Source: Prorocentrum cordatum (lineage: Eukaryota). From it: a stretch of DNA of 56,113 nt. The position numbers and the translations under genes were made by a program. Every line of letters starts with the position of its first letter. Position 1 is the first letter of the stretch. Under the pieces are notes generated by a model. That model saw nothing but the letters and a program-made list of their open reading frames with translations, was not told where the DNA came from and did no database searches. Positions 35,200 through 47,379 of this stretch are shown here, in pieces. The stretch spans positions 62,001 to 118,113 of the forward strand of contig CAUYUJ010000111.1 in the NCBI GenBank assembly GCA_963575745.1, given 5' to 3'.

Positions 35200-38100
35200 A
35201 GTGGGTAATAAGTAGTGGGTAGTGGGTAGTGGGCAGTGAGTAGTGAGTGGGTAGTGAGTAGTGGGTAGTGGGTAGTGGGGGGTAGGCAGTGAGTAGTGAC
35301 CCGCGCGTAGTGGGTAGTGGGTAATGGGTAGTGACTACTGGGTGGTATGTCGTGGGTAGTGGGTAGTGAGTAGTGGGTAGCGGGAAATGAAATTTGAGAA
35401 GTGAGAGACTGAGAAGTGAGTAGTGAGTAGTGAGACGTAAGTGGTGGGTAGTAAGTAGTGGGTAGTGAGTAGTGCGCAGTGGGAGGTGGGAGACGAGTAG
35501 AGGGTAGTGGGTGGTGAGTAGTGGTTAGCGGGGTAGTTTGTCGTGGGTAGTGGGTAGTGAAAAATGAGAAGAGGGTGGTGAGTAGTGGGTGGTGAGTAGC
35601 GAGGTGTGAGTGGTGAGTGGTGAGTAGTGAGTAAGGCGTAGTGGGTCGTGGAGAGTGAGTAGTGAGGAGTGGTTGGTACGTAGTGAGGAATGGGTGGTGT
35701 ATAGAAATTAGTGGGTAACGCAAGGATAGTGGTGGGTAATGGCTGGCGAGTGGTAAGACATTAGCAGCGGAGCGCGAGTAGTGAGTAGTGAGCAGTTAGT
35801 AGTGGGTAGTGAGTAGGGAGTAGCGGGTAGTGAGTAGTGGGTAGCGGGCATTGGGTAGTGCGCAGCGAGTTGTGGCTAGTGGGCCGTGGGTGGGTAGCGA
35901 GTAGTGAGTAGTGGGTGGTTCGAGGTGGGCAGTGGGTAGTGAGTAGTGAGTACCGAGAAGTGAGTAGTGGGCATGGGGTAGTGGGCAGCGAGTAGCGAGC
36001 AGCGAGAAGTGCGAAGTGAGTAATGGGTGTGGGTAGTGAGTGGCGGGCAGTGAGTAGGGGGAAGTGTGTAGTGACTGGTGAGTTCTGGAAATTAGAGCAT
36101 GAACTGGGACATTAGAAGTGAGTGGTGGGTGAGTAGCGTGTAATGAGCAGTGGGTAATGAGTAGTGAGTAGTGAGCAGCGAGAAGTGAATCGTAAGAGCA
36201 GTGCGGTGAGTGGTGAGTTGTGAGTAGCGAGCAGAGGGTAGGGGGCAGGGAGTAGTGGGTACTGCGTCGTGAGCATGGAGTAGTGGGTTGGCAGTAGTGG
36301 GTGACCCAGTAGAGAGTAGTGGGTAGTTAGTTGTCAGCAGTGTGCAGCGAGTAATGAAAACTGGGTAGTGGTTAGTGAGTAGTGAGAAGGGAGGATTAGT
36401 AGTGGGTAGCGAGTAGGGGGTAGTGGGTGGTGGGGGTCAGGTGATGAGTAGTAGGTAGTGGGTGGCGAAAAGTGAGGCGTGGGTAGTGAGTAGTGCATAG
36501 TGCGTAGTGAGTCGTGAGTAGTGAGTAGCGGGTATTGTGTAGCAAGTATAAGAAACTGTGGGGGATGGCGAATGAGTAGTGGAAAGTGGGCAATGAATCG
36601 TGACTAGTCCGTAGTGGGTAGTGAGTGGTGAGAAGCGAAACGTGAACAGTGGATTGCGAATAGTGAGTCGTGGGTAGTAGCTAACGGGTAACAGGTAGGA
36701 AATCGTGTGACGGGACAGATGAGTAGTGAGAAGTTGGCGGAAAGTGAGTAATGGGTCGCGAGTAGTGAGGAGTGAACGGTTGGCAGTGAGTAGTGGGTCG
36801 TGGGTAGTACGCAGTGAGTAATGAGTGGAGGGTAGTGGGTACCGAGAAGTGCGTACTGACTGAGCAGGGAGAAGAGAGTAGTGAATAGTGGGTAGTGGGT
36901 AGTGGGTAGTGAGTAGTGAGTAGATAGCAGTGAGTAGCGGGTAGTGAAACGTGGGTAGTGGGTTATGCGTAGTGGGTCGTGAATAGTGAGTGGTGGGTAG
37001 GGGGCAGTGGGTAGTGGGTAGTGAGTGGTGATATGTGGAAAGTGGTAAGCTAGTAGTGAATAGTGGATAGTGCATTCTGAGTAGTGGGTAGTGAGAATTA
37101 GGTAGCGGACACTGGCTAGTGCGCAGTGAATAGGGGGTAATGAGAAGCGGGTAGTGGGTAGTGAGTAATGCGTAGCGAGCAGTGAGTAGTGAGTTGTAAG
37201 TCGTGGGTACTGGGTAGCGGGCAGTGTAGTGGGTAGTGAGGCGTGAGTAGTGAGAAGTGAGTAGTGGGGCAGTGAGTCGTAGAGAATGAGTACTTGGTAC
37301 TGAGCAGTGAGCAGCGTTTAATGAACAGCGAGTAGAGGGTAGTGGGAAGTGAGGAGCGAGTGGTGGGTCGAGCGTAGTGAGTGGTGACTAGTGAGTGGTG
37401 GGTATGGGGCAGTGGGTAATGACTGGAGTTTACTGAGAAGTGAGTAGTGGGTAGTGGGTAGTGCATAGCGAGTCGCGCGTACGGGGTAGTGAGTAGTTGG
37501 TAGTGGGTCGTGGGTAGTGAGTAGTGTGGTGTGTGATCAGTAGTGGGTAAGGGGACGTGGGTATCGGGTAGTGAATAGTGCGCAGTGAGTAGTGGGCAGT
37601 GGGTAATGACTAGTGACTAGTGAATAGTGGGTAGTGAGTGGTGAGAAGTGAAAAGTGAGTAGTGGGTTGTGAGCAGTGGGTAGTTGGTAGTGGGTAGTGG
37701 GTAGCGGGTAGTGAACAGTGAGCAGTGAGTGACGCGTAGTGAGTCTCGAGAAGTGAATGGTGCGCAGTGAACAGCGGGGACTTCGTAGTGAGTAGTGAGT
37801 AGCGAGTAGAGGGTAGGGAGCAGCGGGTAGTGGGTAGTGTGTAGTGGGTATGGAGTAGTGGGCAGGCAGTAGTGGGTGACCGAGTAGTGTGTAGTGTGGA
37901 GTATGGGGTAGTGTGTATGGAGTATGAATAGTGCGTATGGAGTAGTGTGTAGTGCGTATGGAGTAGTGAGTATGGAGTAGTGAGTAGGGTAGTTAGTTGT
38001 CAGCAGTGTGCAGCGAGCAGTGAACCATGGGTAGTGGGTGGTGAGTAGTGAGAAGGGGGGGAGAGTAGTGGGTAGCGAGTAGGGGGTAGTGAGTTGTGGA

Positions 38101-40160
38101 AATCAGGTGGTGAGTACTGGGTAGTGGGTAGCGAGTAGTGAGTAGTGGGTAGTGAGGAGTGAGTAGTGGGTAGTGCGTAGTGAGTAGTGGGTGTTGCGTA
38201 GTGAGTATCAAGCTGTGAGTGATGCCTAGTGAGTAGTGGGAACAGGGCAATGAATTGTAACTACTGCGCAGTGGGTAGTGAATGGTGAGAAGAGAAAAGT
38301 TGGTAGTGGGATGCGAGCAGTGCGCAGTAGGTAATGTGTAATGGATAGCGGGTAGTGAATCGTGTGACGGGAAAGGCGAGTAGTGAGTAGTGGGCAGTGG
38401 GAAGAGAGTAGAGGGTAGCGGAACGTGATTAGTGAGCTGTGAGTAGAGAGAAGTGGGTAGTGGGTAGTGGGCAGCGGGTCGCGGGTAGTGTGCAGTGAGT
38501 AGTGAGTGTTGGGTAGTGGGTACCGATAAATGCGTACTGACTGAGCAGAGAATAGAGAGTAGAGAGTAGTGGGTAATGAGCAGTGGGTAGTGAGAAGTGA
38601 GTAGTGAGTAGTGCGTAGTGAATAGTGGGTATTGTGTAGTGAGTACCAAGCTGTGAGTGATGGCTAGTGAGTAATGGGAAGTGGGCAATCAATAGTAACT
38701 AAAGCGCAGTGGGTAGTGAATGGTGAGAAGTGAAGAGTTGGTAGTGGGTTGGGAGCAGTGGGTCGTAGGTAATGGGTAATGGGTAGCGGGTAGTGAACCG
38801 TGCGGCGGGAAAGGCGAGTAGTGGGTAGTGGGTAGTGGGAAGAGAGTAGAAAGTAGCGGAACGTGAGTAGTGAGTCGTGAGTAGAGGGAAGTGAGTAGTG
38901 GGTAGTGGGTAGTGGGTCGCGGGTAGTATGCAGTGAGTAGTGAGTGCTGGGTAGTGGGTGCCGAAAAGTGCGTCCTGACTGAGCAGAAAGTAGAGAGTAG
39001 TGAGTAGAGAGAAGTGAGCAGTGGGCAGTGAGTAGTGAGAAGTGAGTAGGGATTAATGAAAAGTGGGTAGTGGGCCGTGCGTAGTGGGTCGTGAATAGTG
39101 CGTGGTGAGTAGTGAGCAGTGAGTAATGAGAAGTGAGTGGTGGGATGTGGAAAATGATCACCTCGTAATGAATAGTGAACAGTGGATGGTGGCTTGTGGG
39201 TAGCGGGCAGTGGGACATAGGTAGTTGGCACTGGGTAGTGGGTATGAATAGGGGGTATTGGGAAGTGAGCAGTGGGTAGTGAGTAGTGAGCCGCGAGCAG
39301 TGAGTAGTGAGTTGTAAGTCGTGGGTGCTGGGTAGCGGGTAATGTAGTGGGTAGTGAGGAGTGAGTAGTGAGAAGTGAGTAGTAGGCAGTGAGTAGTAAG
39401 GCATGAGTACTTGATACTGAGTAGTGAGCATTGTTTGATGATCAGCGGGTAGAGAGTAGTGGAAAGTGAGGGGTGAGTGGCGGGTCGAGCGTGGTGAGTA
39501 GTGGCTAGTGAGTAGTGGGTAGGGGTAGTGGGTATTGACTAGTGATTAGTAAGAAATGAGTAGCGGGTAGTGGGTAGTGCGTAGTGGGTCGTGGGTAGTG
39601 AGTAGTGGGTCGTGGGTAGTGAGTAATGTGGCGTCTGATGAGTAGTGGGTAGTGAGAAGTGGGTAGCGGGTAGTGGGTAGTGTGCAGTGAGTAGTGGGAA
39701 GTGAGTAATTACTAGCGACTAGTGCGTAGTGGGTAATGAGTGGTGAGAAGTGAAAAGTGAATCGTGGGTTGTGATTACTGGGTAGTTGGTAGCGGGTAGT
39801 GGGTAGCGGGTAGTGGATCGTGAGCAGTGGGTGGTGCGTAGTGGGTCTCGAGAAGTGAATGGTGCGTAGTGAATAGCGAGGCGTGCGTAGTGAGTAGTGA
39901 GTAGTGGGTAGTGGGTAGTGAGTAGTGAATGATGGATCGTTGGTAGTGGGTAGTGGGTAGCGGGAAGTGGGTAGTGAGTAGTGCGTTGTGAGCAGTGGGT
40001 CGTGTGTAGTGAGAAGTGCGTAGTGGGTAGTGGGTAGTGAGAAGTGAGAAGTGAGTAGTGGGTAGCGAATAGTGCGTAGTCGGTAGTAAGTAGCCAGTAG
40101 TGGGTAGTGGGTTGTGGGTAGCGAGTAGTGGGCAGCGGGGCGAGGGTAGTGGGTAGTGAC
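35200..40160. repeat. Degenerate heptamer satellite (AGTGRGT)n, ~5 kb, with higher-order duplications
   Basis: agtgagt/agtgggt throughout. Landmarks repeat at 36326/37992, 37191/39309 and 38208/38648. Confidence 0.92.
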
Positions 40161-40227
40161 TAATATGTACCGACGCCAGCTGACGTAGACAGCGGCTGAA
40201 TCCTGCCCCCCCAAAAAAAGAACCCAC

Positions 40228-40954
40228 CTTCATAAAAAAGGGGACGCCGACAAGGCTGCGACGACGACCACGACGACCACGACGATGGCGACGACGATGA
40301 TGAAGACGACAACGATTACACCTCAATTTGGCACCATAAGGCCGTAGCCCGTCCTCATAAACAGGGGTACCCCGACGGGGCTGTGTGTGTGCGCGGTGTA
40401 CTCTACGTGGTGTGTTCTACGTGGTGTGGTCTGCGTGGTGTTTTCGTGTGGCGTGCGACGCCCACACGCACAAACAAAACAAAACACGCGCGCGCGAACA
40501 GACACGCACACACACAACACACATGCAGACACGCACAAGCACACGAACACACACACACACACACGTACACACGCACACGCCTCCACACACACACACACCA
40601 CCACAACAACCGCCACCACCACCACCACCGTCACCGTCAACACCACCACGCCAACACCACCGCCCACCACAAACACAAGCAAACACACAATCGCAGCCCT
40701 GTCGGCTTACCCCTTTTTATGAAGACGGGCTGACCGCCTTAGGGAGACAGGTTCAGTTGGAATTGTCGTGAGCGTCGTCGTCGTGGTCGTCGTCGTCGGT
40801 CGTCGTCGTCGCTGGTGTCGTCGCGGTCATCGTTTTCTCGGTCGTCGACGTCGTCGTGGCCGTTGTGGTAGCGGCCTTGTCGTCGTCCTCGTCCTCCTTG
40901 TCATGCTCGTCGGGGTCGTCGCAGCCCTGTCGGCGTACCCCTTTTTTTCTGAAG
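40228..40954. mobile_element. Nested inverted-repeat (MITE/foldback-like) structure
   Basis: Outer pair 40228-40260 / 40920-40954 and inner pair 40346-40383 / 40694-40731 of the same ~35-bp motif, separated by inverted GAC/GTC and GT/CA tracts. Confidence 0.65.
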
Positions 40955-41044
40955 ATGGCGTCTCTTGTTTGGGGAGCTGGGTTCAGCTGGTGTCGTCGTC
41001 AGCTGGTGTCGTCGTAATCAGCCTCGCCCTCTCCCCCCCCCCTT

Positions 41045-41263
41045 CCATCACCACCACCACCAACACACAGACACACAACACACACATACACACAACACAC
41101 ACGCATACGCACGCACACATCACACACACACACCACCAACAACACCACCAACGCCGACACCATCACCACCACCACCACCACCACCACACACATCACCACC
41201 ACCACACCACCCCGCCCCATCCCACCCTACCACACCCACCCGCCCACCCAACCACTCACCCAC

Positions 41264-41302
<39 letters not shown>

Positions 41303-41595
41303 CACAACCACCCACACCCACCCGCACATTCACCCTCACCCCCGCCCTCGCCCTCACGCTCCCCCCTCCCCCCCGCCACCCCGCCCTCACCCTCGCACCC
41401 CCCCCCGCCCCCCCCTCCCCAACCCTCCCCCCCCCCCCCCCACCCCCCACCCCCCCCCCACCCCCCCACACACACACACACACACATACACACACACACA
41501 CACAAACACAACACACACAAATACACACACAAACACACACACACACACACACACACACAACACACACACACAAACACACACGCACGCACGCACAG
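41045..41595. repeat. CA/CAC/poly-C low-complexity tract
   Basis: Read directly from the sequence. Confidence 0.9.
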
Positions 41596-41841
41596 TACAT
41601 TACGTGGGACATACGATGCAGCGTACACCACGTAGAACACATCACGATGTACATGCATTGCCAGCGCGTTAACCAAATCCCAGCAGCAACAATTTGGAGT
41701 CACAGCTTGCACGCCAGTGTGCAACCAACGTTCGAGGAGCGGCCAGTTGCAGCTAAGGGCCACCTAGGGCAGCTCTCTGCATGGCATGTCGTGTCTTCTG
41801 GTGTCTCAGATTCCCCCCAGCATACAGACAGTGTAATCATA

Positions 41842-42070
41842 TGGTTGACGCTGCGCGTTCCCCCCACCAACCCATGCAGACACGATGCACCAGCGAGTCC
41901 ACGTGGACAAGGAATGACTGTAGCATGCAGTTGAACACGGGGAGGGACAGTCACATTGTGTAGATAGAGGAAGAACTATGAGGAGGAATGCGGTGGATGA
42001 AGATCAACAGTTCGGAGGAGGCAAAGGATGCGGAGAAGCGGGCGGGGGGAAGAGAATGAGGATGAGGATG

Positions 42071-42105
<35 letters not shown>

Positions 42106-42217
42106 AATGAGGATGATGATGATGAAGACGATGATGATGATAATGATGATGCTGTTGATGATGATGGTGATGATGGTGATTGTGATTATGATGATGATGA
42201 TGATGATAATGATGATA

Positions 42218-42258
<41 letters not shown>

Positions 42259-42877
42259 AAGGATACTGAAGATCATGACGAGGATGCGGTGGGGCTGGGT
42301 GCGGTGTGGAAGCGTGGTGGTGTGTGTAGTGGTGGTAGGGTGTTCAATGAGCGTTGCCCCTCAGGAGCCACCGAATTCGCGCACTGGGGCCCTCTTCGGC
42401 CGATCTTGTGCGCCTGCGGGGCTGTCTTGCAAGCCTCTTCGGCCCTTCTTGGGGCCCTCTGGGAACCATGTTGAGGTTTCGGATGGCCGTCGGCGTCGGA
42501 GCCGATATGGCGAGAATGTCAACGCAATTGGTTTCCTTTTGTTGTGCTGGTTTGCGCATCTCGTGGGCGTCCTGGGGGCGTTGTTGCTATTTTGAGCCGT
42601 CTTGGGGGGGGGGTGTCTCGGGGCCCCTGGTGCACCTTCGATGCCACCTTGAGCAATCTTCCAGTATCTCGACCGCTATTGGATGCCGTCCTGGGTTGTC
42701 GAAGGCCCTCTAGGAACCATCTCGGGACATAATAGATCGTAGATGCGTCAACGGGCCGCGGCCCCTTCCGCCCAGCCCCAGGAAGTGCAAGAATGAGGGG
42801 CCCTCCCCCCTTGTAAGGAAAGAAGGGGTTGTCAGGGGTTGTAAGACTTAAAGAATGGGTTGGTGGGGGTAGTGGGA
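41842..42877 (-). mobile_element. Family-2 Helitron-like element, diverged copy e, containing a (GAT)n expansion at ~42058-42260
   Basis: cata|tggttgacgctgcgcgttcccccaccaaccc ... gtggga|ttgcg. Confidence 0.7.
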
Positions 42878-44025
42878 TTGCGTCGGCCTTAGGCATCTTG
42901 TGATTTCTTGGTTGATTACGACGGTTTTGCTACCATCGATACAGACAATTATGAGTGGTCCCTCAAATTCTTCACGTTGGACGGCTCCGACGTTGATGTG
43001 GACAGGGATGATATGGTGCTGGTTACCCAGCACGCGACTGCTTCGGACGTCCCCGAAGCTCAGGTGTGGCCACCGTTCAGAGGCCCGTCTCGTGGCGGCG
43101 GCGGCGGAGCCACCGGCCGCGGCCGTGGCAGAGGCCGCGGTGCCCAAGGCAAAGGCCGAGGGCTCCAGCCCCCAGATGCCCCAGATCACCCAGGAGATGA
43201 TCACGGGGGCCGCGGCAGAGGGCAGGGCCCCTGCCCAGTCTTGCCAGTCGCCGACGGCGACAACGACAGCTTCGACGAGGGCGTCGGCGCGGACGTCGGC
43301 GCGGACTTCCCTGAGGAGGGCCCCGACGTCGACGGCCTCGGCGGCGACAGCGACGACGACAGCCTGGACGAGGGCGCCATCGCGGCGGACCCTGGCAGCC
43401 TTGGCATGGCGACGAGGGGGGGGGAGGAAGCGGAGGAGAAGATTTGAACACATTTCGGGTTCGCCAACTGGCCCGATGTGGGTTCAGTTCCCTTTTGGAT
43501 GCCGTGCTGGCACTTCTAGTATTTCAAATAAAAAAACAACAAGTGGGGATGGGCAAAACCGAAGAGGAGGGGCGAAGAATGGCGGATAGAGAGAGTGAAC
43601 AAGAGGAGTGCATGATGAGGAAGGTAAGGATGATAAGGAGGACGACGAGGAACAAGGAGAGAGGGGGAGGACGAGGATGATGAGGAAAAGGGTTAGGCTA
43701 GCGGCTTGCAGCTAACAGCCACCAAGCGTTTCTCCCCCATTCTCACCCTTTGCTGGCACGTTCCTTTTTCGCTTCGCCCTCCTTGTCCTCCTCTGCTCCT
43801 CCTCGTCGTCCTCGCCCTTCTCCCACTCAATAATCAATAGTGCTCCGCTGCCCCTCCTCCCTGGTCACCCCTATCCCCTTCTCTGATTAGTTTTCTCTTC
43901 CACTCCAGTGGCGTCGGAGGTGATCGACGACTTGGCCGCCCAGGCCCTGGCCGACGACGCCCATCTCTTCATGAGTGATTCCGCACAGTCGGGGGGAGGG
44001 GAGAGGGGCAGTGTGCATTTGCTTG

Positions 44026-45031
44026 CTTCCTCTGAGGCGCGCGTCTTCTCCTCCCTGCTCCCTCCTCCCTCCTCCGTATGAGGCGCGCGTCTCCTCTCTC
44101 CGTCCTCCCTCCTCCATTTGAGACGCGTGTGTCCTTCCTCCCGCCCCTTTAGGCGCGCGCCTCCTCCCTGCTTCCTCTGGGGCGCGCGTCTCCTCTTCCC
44201 TCCTCCCTCTGAGGCGCGCGTCTCCTCCCTCCGTCCTCCATCTGGGACGCGCGTGGCATCCCTCCTCCCCTTTAGGCGTGCGCCTCCTCCCTGCTTCCTC
44301 TGAGGCGCGCGTCTCCTCCTCCCTGCTCCCTCCTCCCTCCTCCCTCTGAGGCGCGCATCTCCTCCCTCCGTCCTCCCTCCTCCATGGCGAGGGAAGGACC
44401 AAATGACGCTAGCAGAGGAGACGCACGTTCTGAGCGTGCGCAGTGTTCGCACCTCTGTCCAGGTATGTAATCTCGAGCTGCCCCCGCGTTGGACAACACA
44501 ATCTCGAGTTGTCTCAAGTTGCCCGAGCGCTGGACATCGTACTCCCGATCCGCCCCGCATGGATGCAGCGAGGCACTGCGCATCCCACTACCATGCCTGC
44601 AGTCTGCACATCCTGGCCTACGACGCCACACCACGGTGCACCACGACACCGCACCACACCGCGGGACACCGCTGGGCACCAGGACGCCGCGCAAACCAGC
44701 ACAAACAACAAACAGCAGAGAGGAGGTGCGCGCCTAACATGGAGGAGGATGCCACGCGCGTCTTAGACGGAGGAGGGGGGACGGAGGGAGGAGACGCGCG
44801 CCTCAGAGTGAGGAGGGAGGAGGGAGCAGGGAGGAGGAGACGCGCGCCTCAGAGGAAGCAGGGAGGAGACGCGCGCCTAAAGGGGTGGAGGGATGCCACG
44901 CGCGTCTCAGATGGAGGAGGGAGGACGGAGGGAGGAGACGCGCGCCTCAGAGGGAGGATAGAGGAGGGAGCAGGGAGGAGGAGACGCGCGCCTCAGAGGA
45001 AGCAAGGATGAGACGCGCGCCTCAGAGGAAG
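44026..45031. mobile_element. Foldback-type element with ~330-bp modular inverted arms
   Basis: Left arm (44026-~44385) has tandem cctctgaggcgcgcgtctcctccct. Right arm (~44720-45031) has tandem agggaggagacgcgcgcctcagagg. The spacer between them is unique. Confidence 0.8.
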
Positions 45032-45039
45032 AGGGAACA

Positions 45040-45275
45040 CTATTGAGGCATACGGGGCCATCTTGGGCCATCTTGGGAGTAATCTTGGACTTATTGAGGC
45101 GGTCTGGGGTCCATCTTGGGCTATATTGGACGCCCCAACTACCTGCGAACCGCCCCGTTCAGGTCCAGGGGAGGGGGTAATGGGGGGTGGGCAAACCATT
45201 CCCCGAAGGAGAAGAGGGAGGGGTGGATGTAAGAGAACACGTTGTAAGCCACCTTCGATCACAAGTTTCGTGGGA
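45040..45275 (-). mobile_element. Partial family-2 element (TCCCAC end only)
   Basis: ggccatcttggg repeats, aggtccaggggaggggg..ccccgaagg and a terminal gtggga, as in copies a-c. Confidence 0.55.
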
Positions 45276-46339
45276 CTGCAGTTGTTATTTCTTATGGGGG
45301 GGCTGGAAGATCGTGCGACGACCAGTGCAGCGTGGCGACCGACGAGGTGGTCTCGACGGAGCACTCGCCGTCGGCAGGGTGTGGGCCAGGGGAGGGCTCC
45401 GACAGCGACGGGCAGCCGCCGCCTGAGCTTCCTGTGCCTGTGCCCGTTGAGCCCGATTCTTTTCCTCCAGCTCCTGCTCCTCCTCCTCCTCCTCCTCCTC
45501 CTCCTCCTGCTGCTCCTCCTCCTCCGCCTCCAGTTGCGGCGGCTGCACCAAGCAGCCGCGGAGGCGTTAGGGAGGCACGCGCCTGGTGTTTGGAAGTCCC
45601 TGGTGGCCAGATCAAAGCTTATAAGAATGGGTGAGAATTTAGTGGCTCGTTGCACGAACTGTGACCACGGTAAATGTGAGCTCACTCGGAAAGCAGTCCG
45701 ACGACGGAACTTGCCACCAGGAAGTTATCACCAACAGGGTAGACCCGTAGGCATGTTGGTGGCGTGGCTCGCCAAAGGCGGTTGCGACAGAAAGTTTGAT
45801 CATTGGACGCCAGACAATGTTGCCCCCCCTTTTCATGAGAGAGCTGCTGGCCGTGATTATGTGAAAGCATTGGCCGATGCTGGCAATGCGCAGGCCCAGG
45901 GCATTCTCAGTTTCGAGCGCCCTGTAGACCCAGCGTTCGAGGGCGAGGAGCCCGCCTTATGTCCTTGAGAGTGAGCTCACAGCTCACGTTGAACTTTGAG
46001 TTGAACTGTATCAATTCAGCTTTGTACTGTAGCAAGCAAGGCATTCCTCCTCCTCATCGGCCGTCTCCGTCTCCTCATTCTCCTTCGCATCCCCCTATCC
46101 CTCAGGGGCCAGCCACAGCAACCATCAATTCCCCCATCCCTTCCTCGATCCATTCCCCCATCCATTCCCTCAGATCCTGGAGCAGCGGTGGCCCGTTCCC
46201 CCGTCCCTTCCTCCTCTTCCTTCTCCCTATCCGCACCCCATCCCACCCATATCACCCCTGCCCCCCGTCACATTGCTCTCGGCCCCGTCCCCGCCACGCA
46301 AACAAGTAGATGAGATGACCTGAAGAAGATGGGTGACCT

Positions 46340-46700
46340 GGGACAGGAGGGCAGGAAGGGGGAGGAGGAGGAGGAGGAGGAACAGGATGAGGAGGAGGGA
46401 GAAGGATGAGGGGCGGAGGCAGAGACGGAGGAGGATGGGAGGAGGACGAGGAGAAGGGGAGGAGGAGGAGGGGAGAGGAGAACGAGAAGGTGAGGAGGAG
46501 GATGAGGGGAGAAGGATGAGTAGGATGGGAGACAGAGAGGAAGGACGACGTGATGAGGAGGAGCGGAGGAAGAGGAGGAGGAGGAGGGAGGAGGAGGAGG
46601 ATAAGGAGAAGAGGAGGGAGGATGGAGGAGAGGGGAGGGAAGGAAGGAGGCGGAGGAGGGGAGGGGGGAGGAGGATGAGAAAGATGATGGTGAGGGAGAG
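46340..46700. repeat. (GGA)n purine-rich low-complexity tract
   Basis: Read directly from the sequence. Confidence 0.9.
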
Positions 46701-47091
46701 GCTATGCACTATGCACCGACGGACGCGACCACTTGAAGTGGTCCACTGCACATCGTTGCGGGGGGGAGGGTCAAAAAAGTGGTCCCAAACATATTGCAAT
46801 GATATTGTTTTTTACTCGCCCGAGGTGCAGTGCACCTCGCTGCGGGGAGTGCTTCCAACAAAGAAGTGCACTGGGCTTCGTGTCTTCGCAAGGTGCGCCG
46901 ACAATGTGCTGCAACCCTGCCGAGCGATGGCTCCCAAACGAAAACATCGCGTCGATCAACCTACATTGCCCAACAGATGTCGCACAAGCGTGGGCGCAAT
47001 CGCCACGAAAGACATCTACACACCATCACAAACGGCACATCCAACCGACACAATGTAGCACAAACTCGGCAACAACGATGTCGCAACGATG

Positions 47092-47190
47092 TCGCAAAAA
47101 GCTCGCAAAGAGCTCGCAAAGAGCTCGCACAGAGCTCGCAAAGAGCTCGCAAAGAGCTCGCAAAGAGCTCGCAAAGAGCTCGCAAAGATG
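47092..47190 (+). repeat. 11-bp minisatellite (TCGCAAAGAGC), about 9 copies
   Basis: Read directly; flanked by gcaacgatgt-type variants. Confidence 0.9.
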
Positions 47191-47379
47191 TCGCACCGAT
47201 GTTGCAACGGTGTCAGTTTTAGGAGAACAGCCTCATAGGTTTCAACATTTGTCAAACAGCTGTATCACTTTTCTATCTTGTTTAGTCACATGTTTCTGAC
47301 TGTGTCAAACATAGTTAACACAAGTTCTGGATGTGTGTGCAGGCGTATGCTCTGGGATTGTTCAATCAGTTTACATACG

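Larger units (their letters stand above)
32891..42892 (+). other. Putative 10-kb GT-AG intron filled with nested repeats
   Basis: gag|gtgtgg ... ccttag|gca joins SDVWLE to ASCDFLVDYDGF in phase 0, in frame with the track ORF at 42908. Confidence 0.55.
26975..45968 (+). pseudogene. Large multi-exon DDE transposase-like gene (hAT/P/MULE/Kolobok-type CxxH clan) disrupted by insertions
   Basis: Reconstructed coding pieces: 26975-27691, 27865-28671, 29771-31177, 31901-32890, 42893-~43440, ~43909-43988 and ~45326-45968. Motifs RYDE(27928), CSDRY(28282), CEVH(28360), RKKWTG and TASVECMH(30797). The frame is restored exactly when family-2 elements are removed (VQVF/VPFG, ATEL/HRAG). The 3' exon assignments are less certain. 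Confidence 0.65.

Noticed and set aside
35067..40326. Telomere repeat, or T/H/Y/P/L-rich proteins on the minus strand
   Set aside because: The unit is AGTGRGT rather than TTTAGGG, degenerate and internal. The ORFs are satellite translations.
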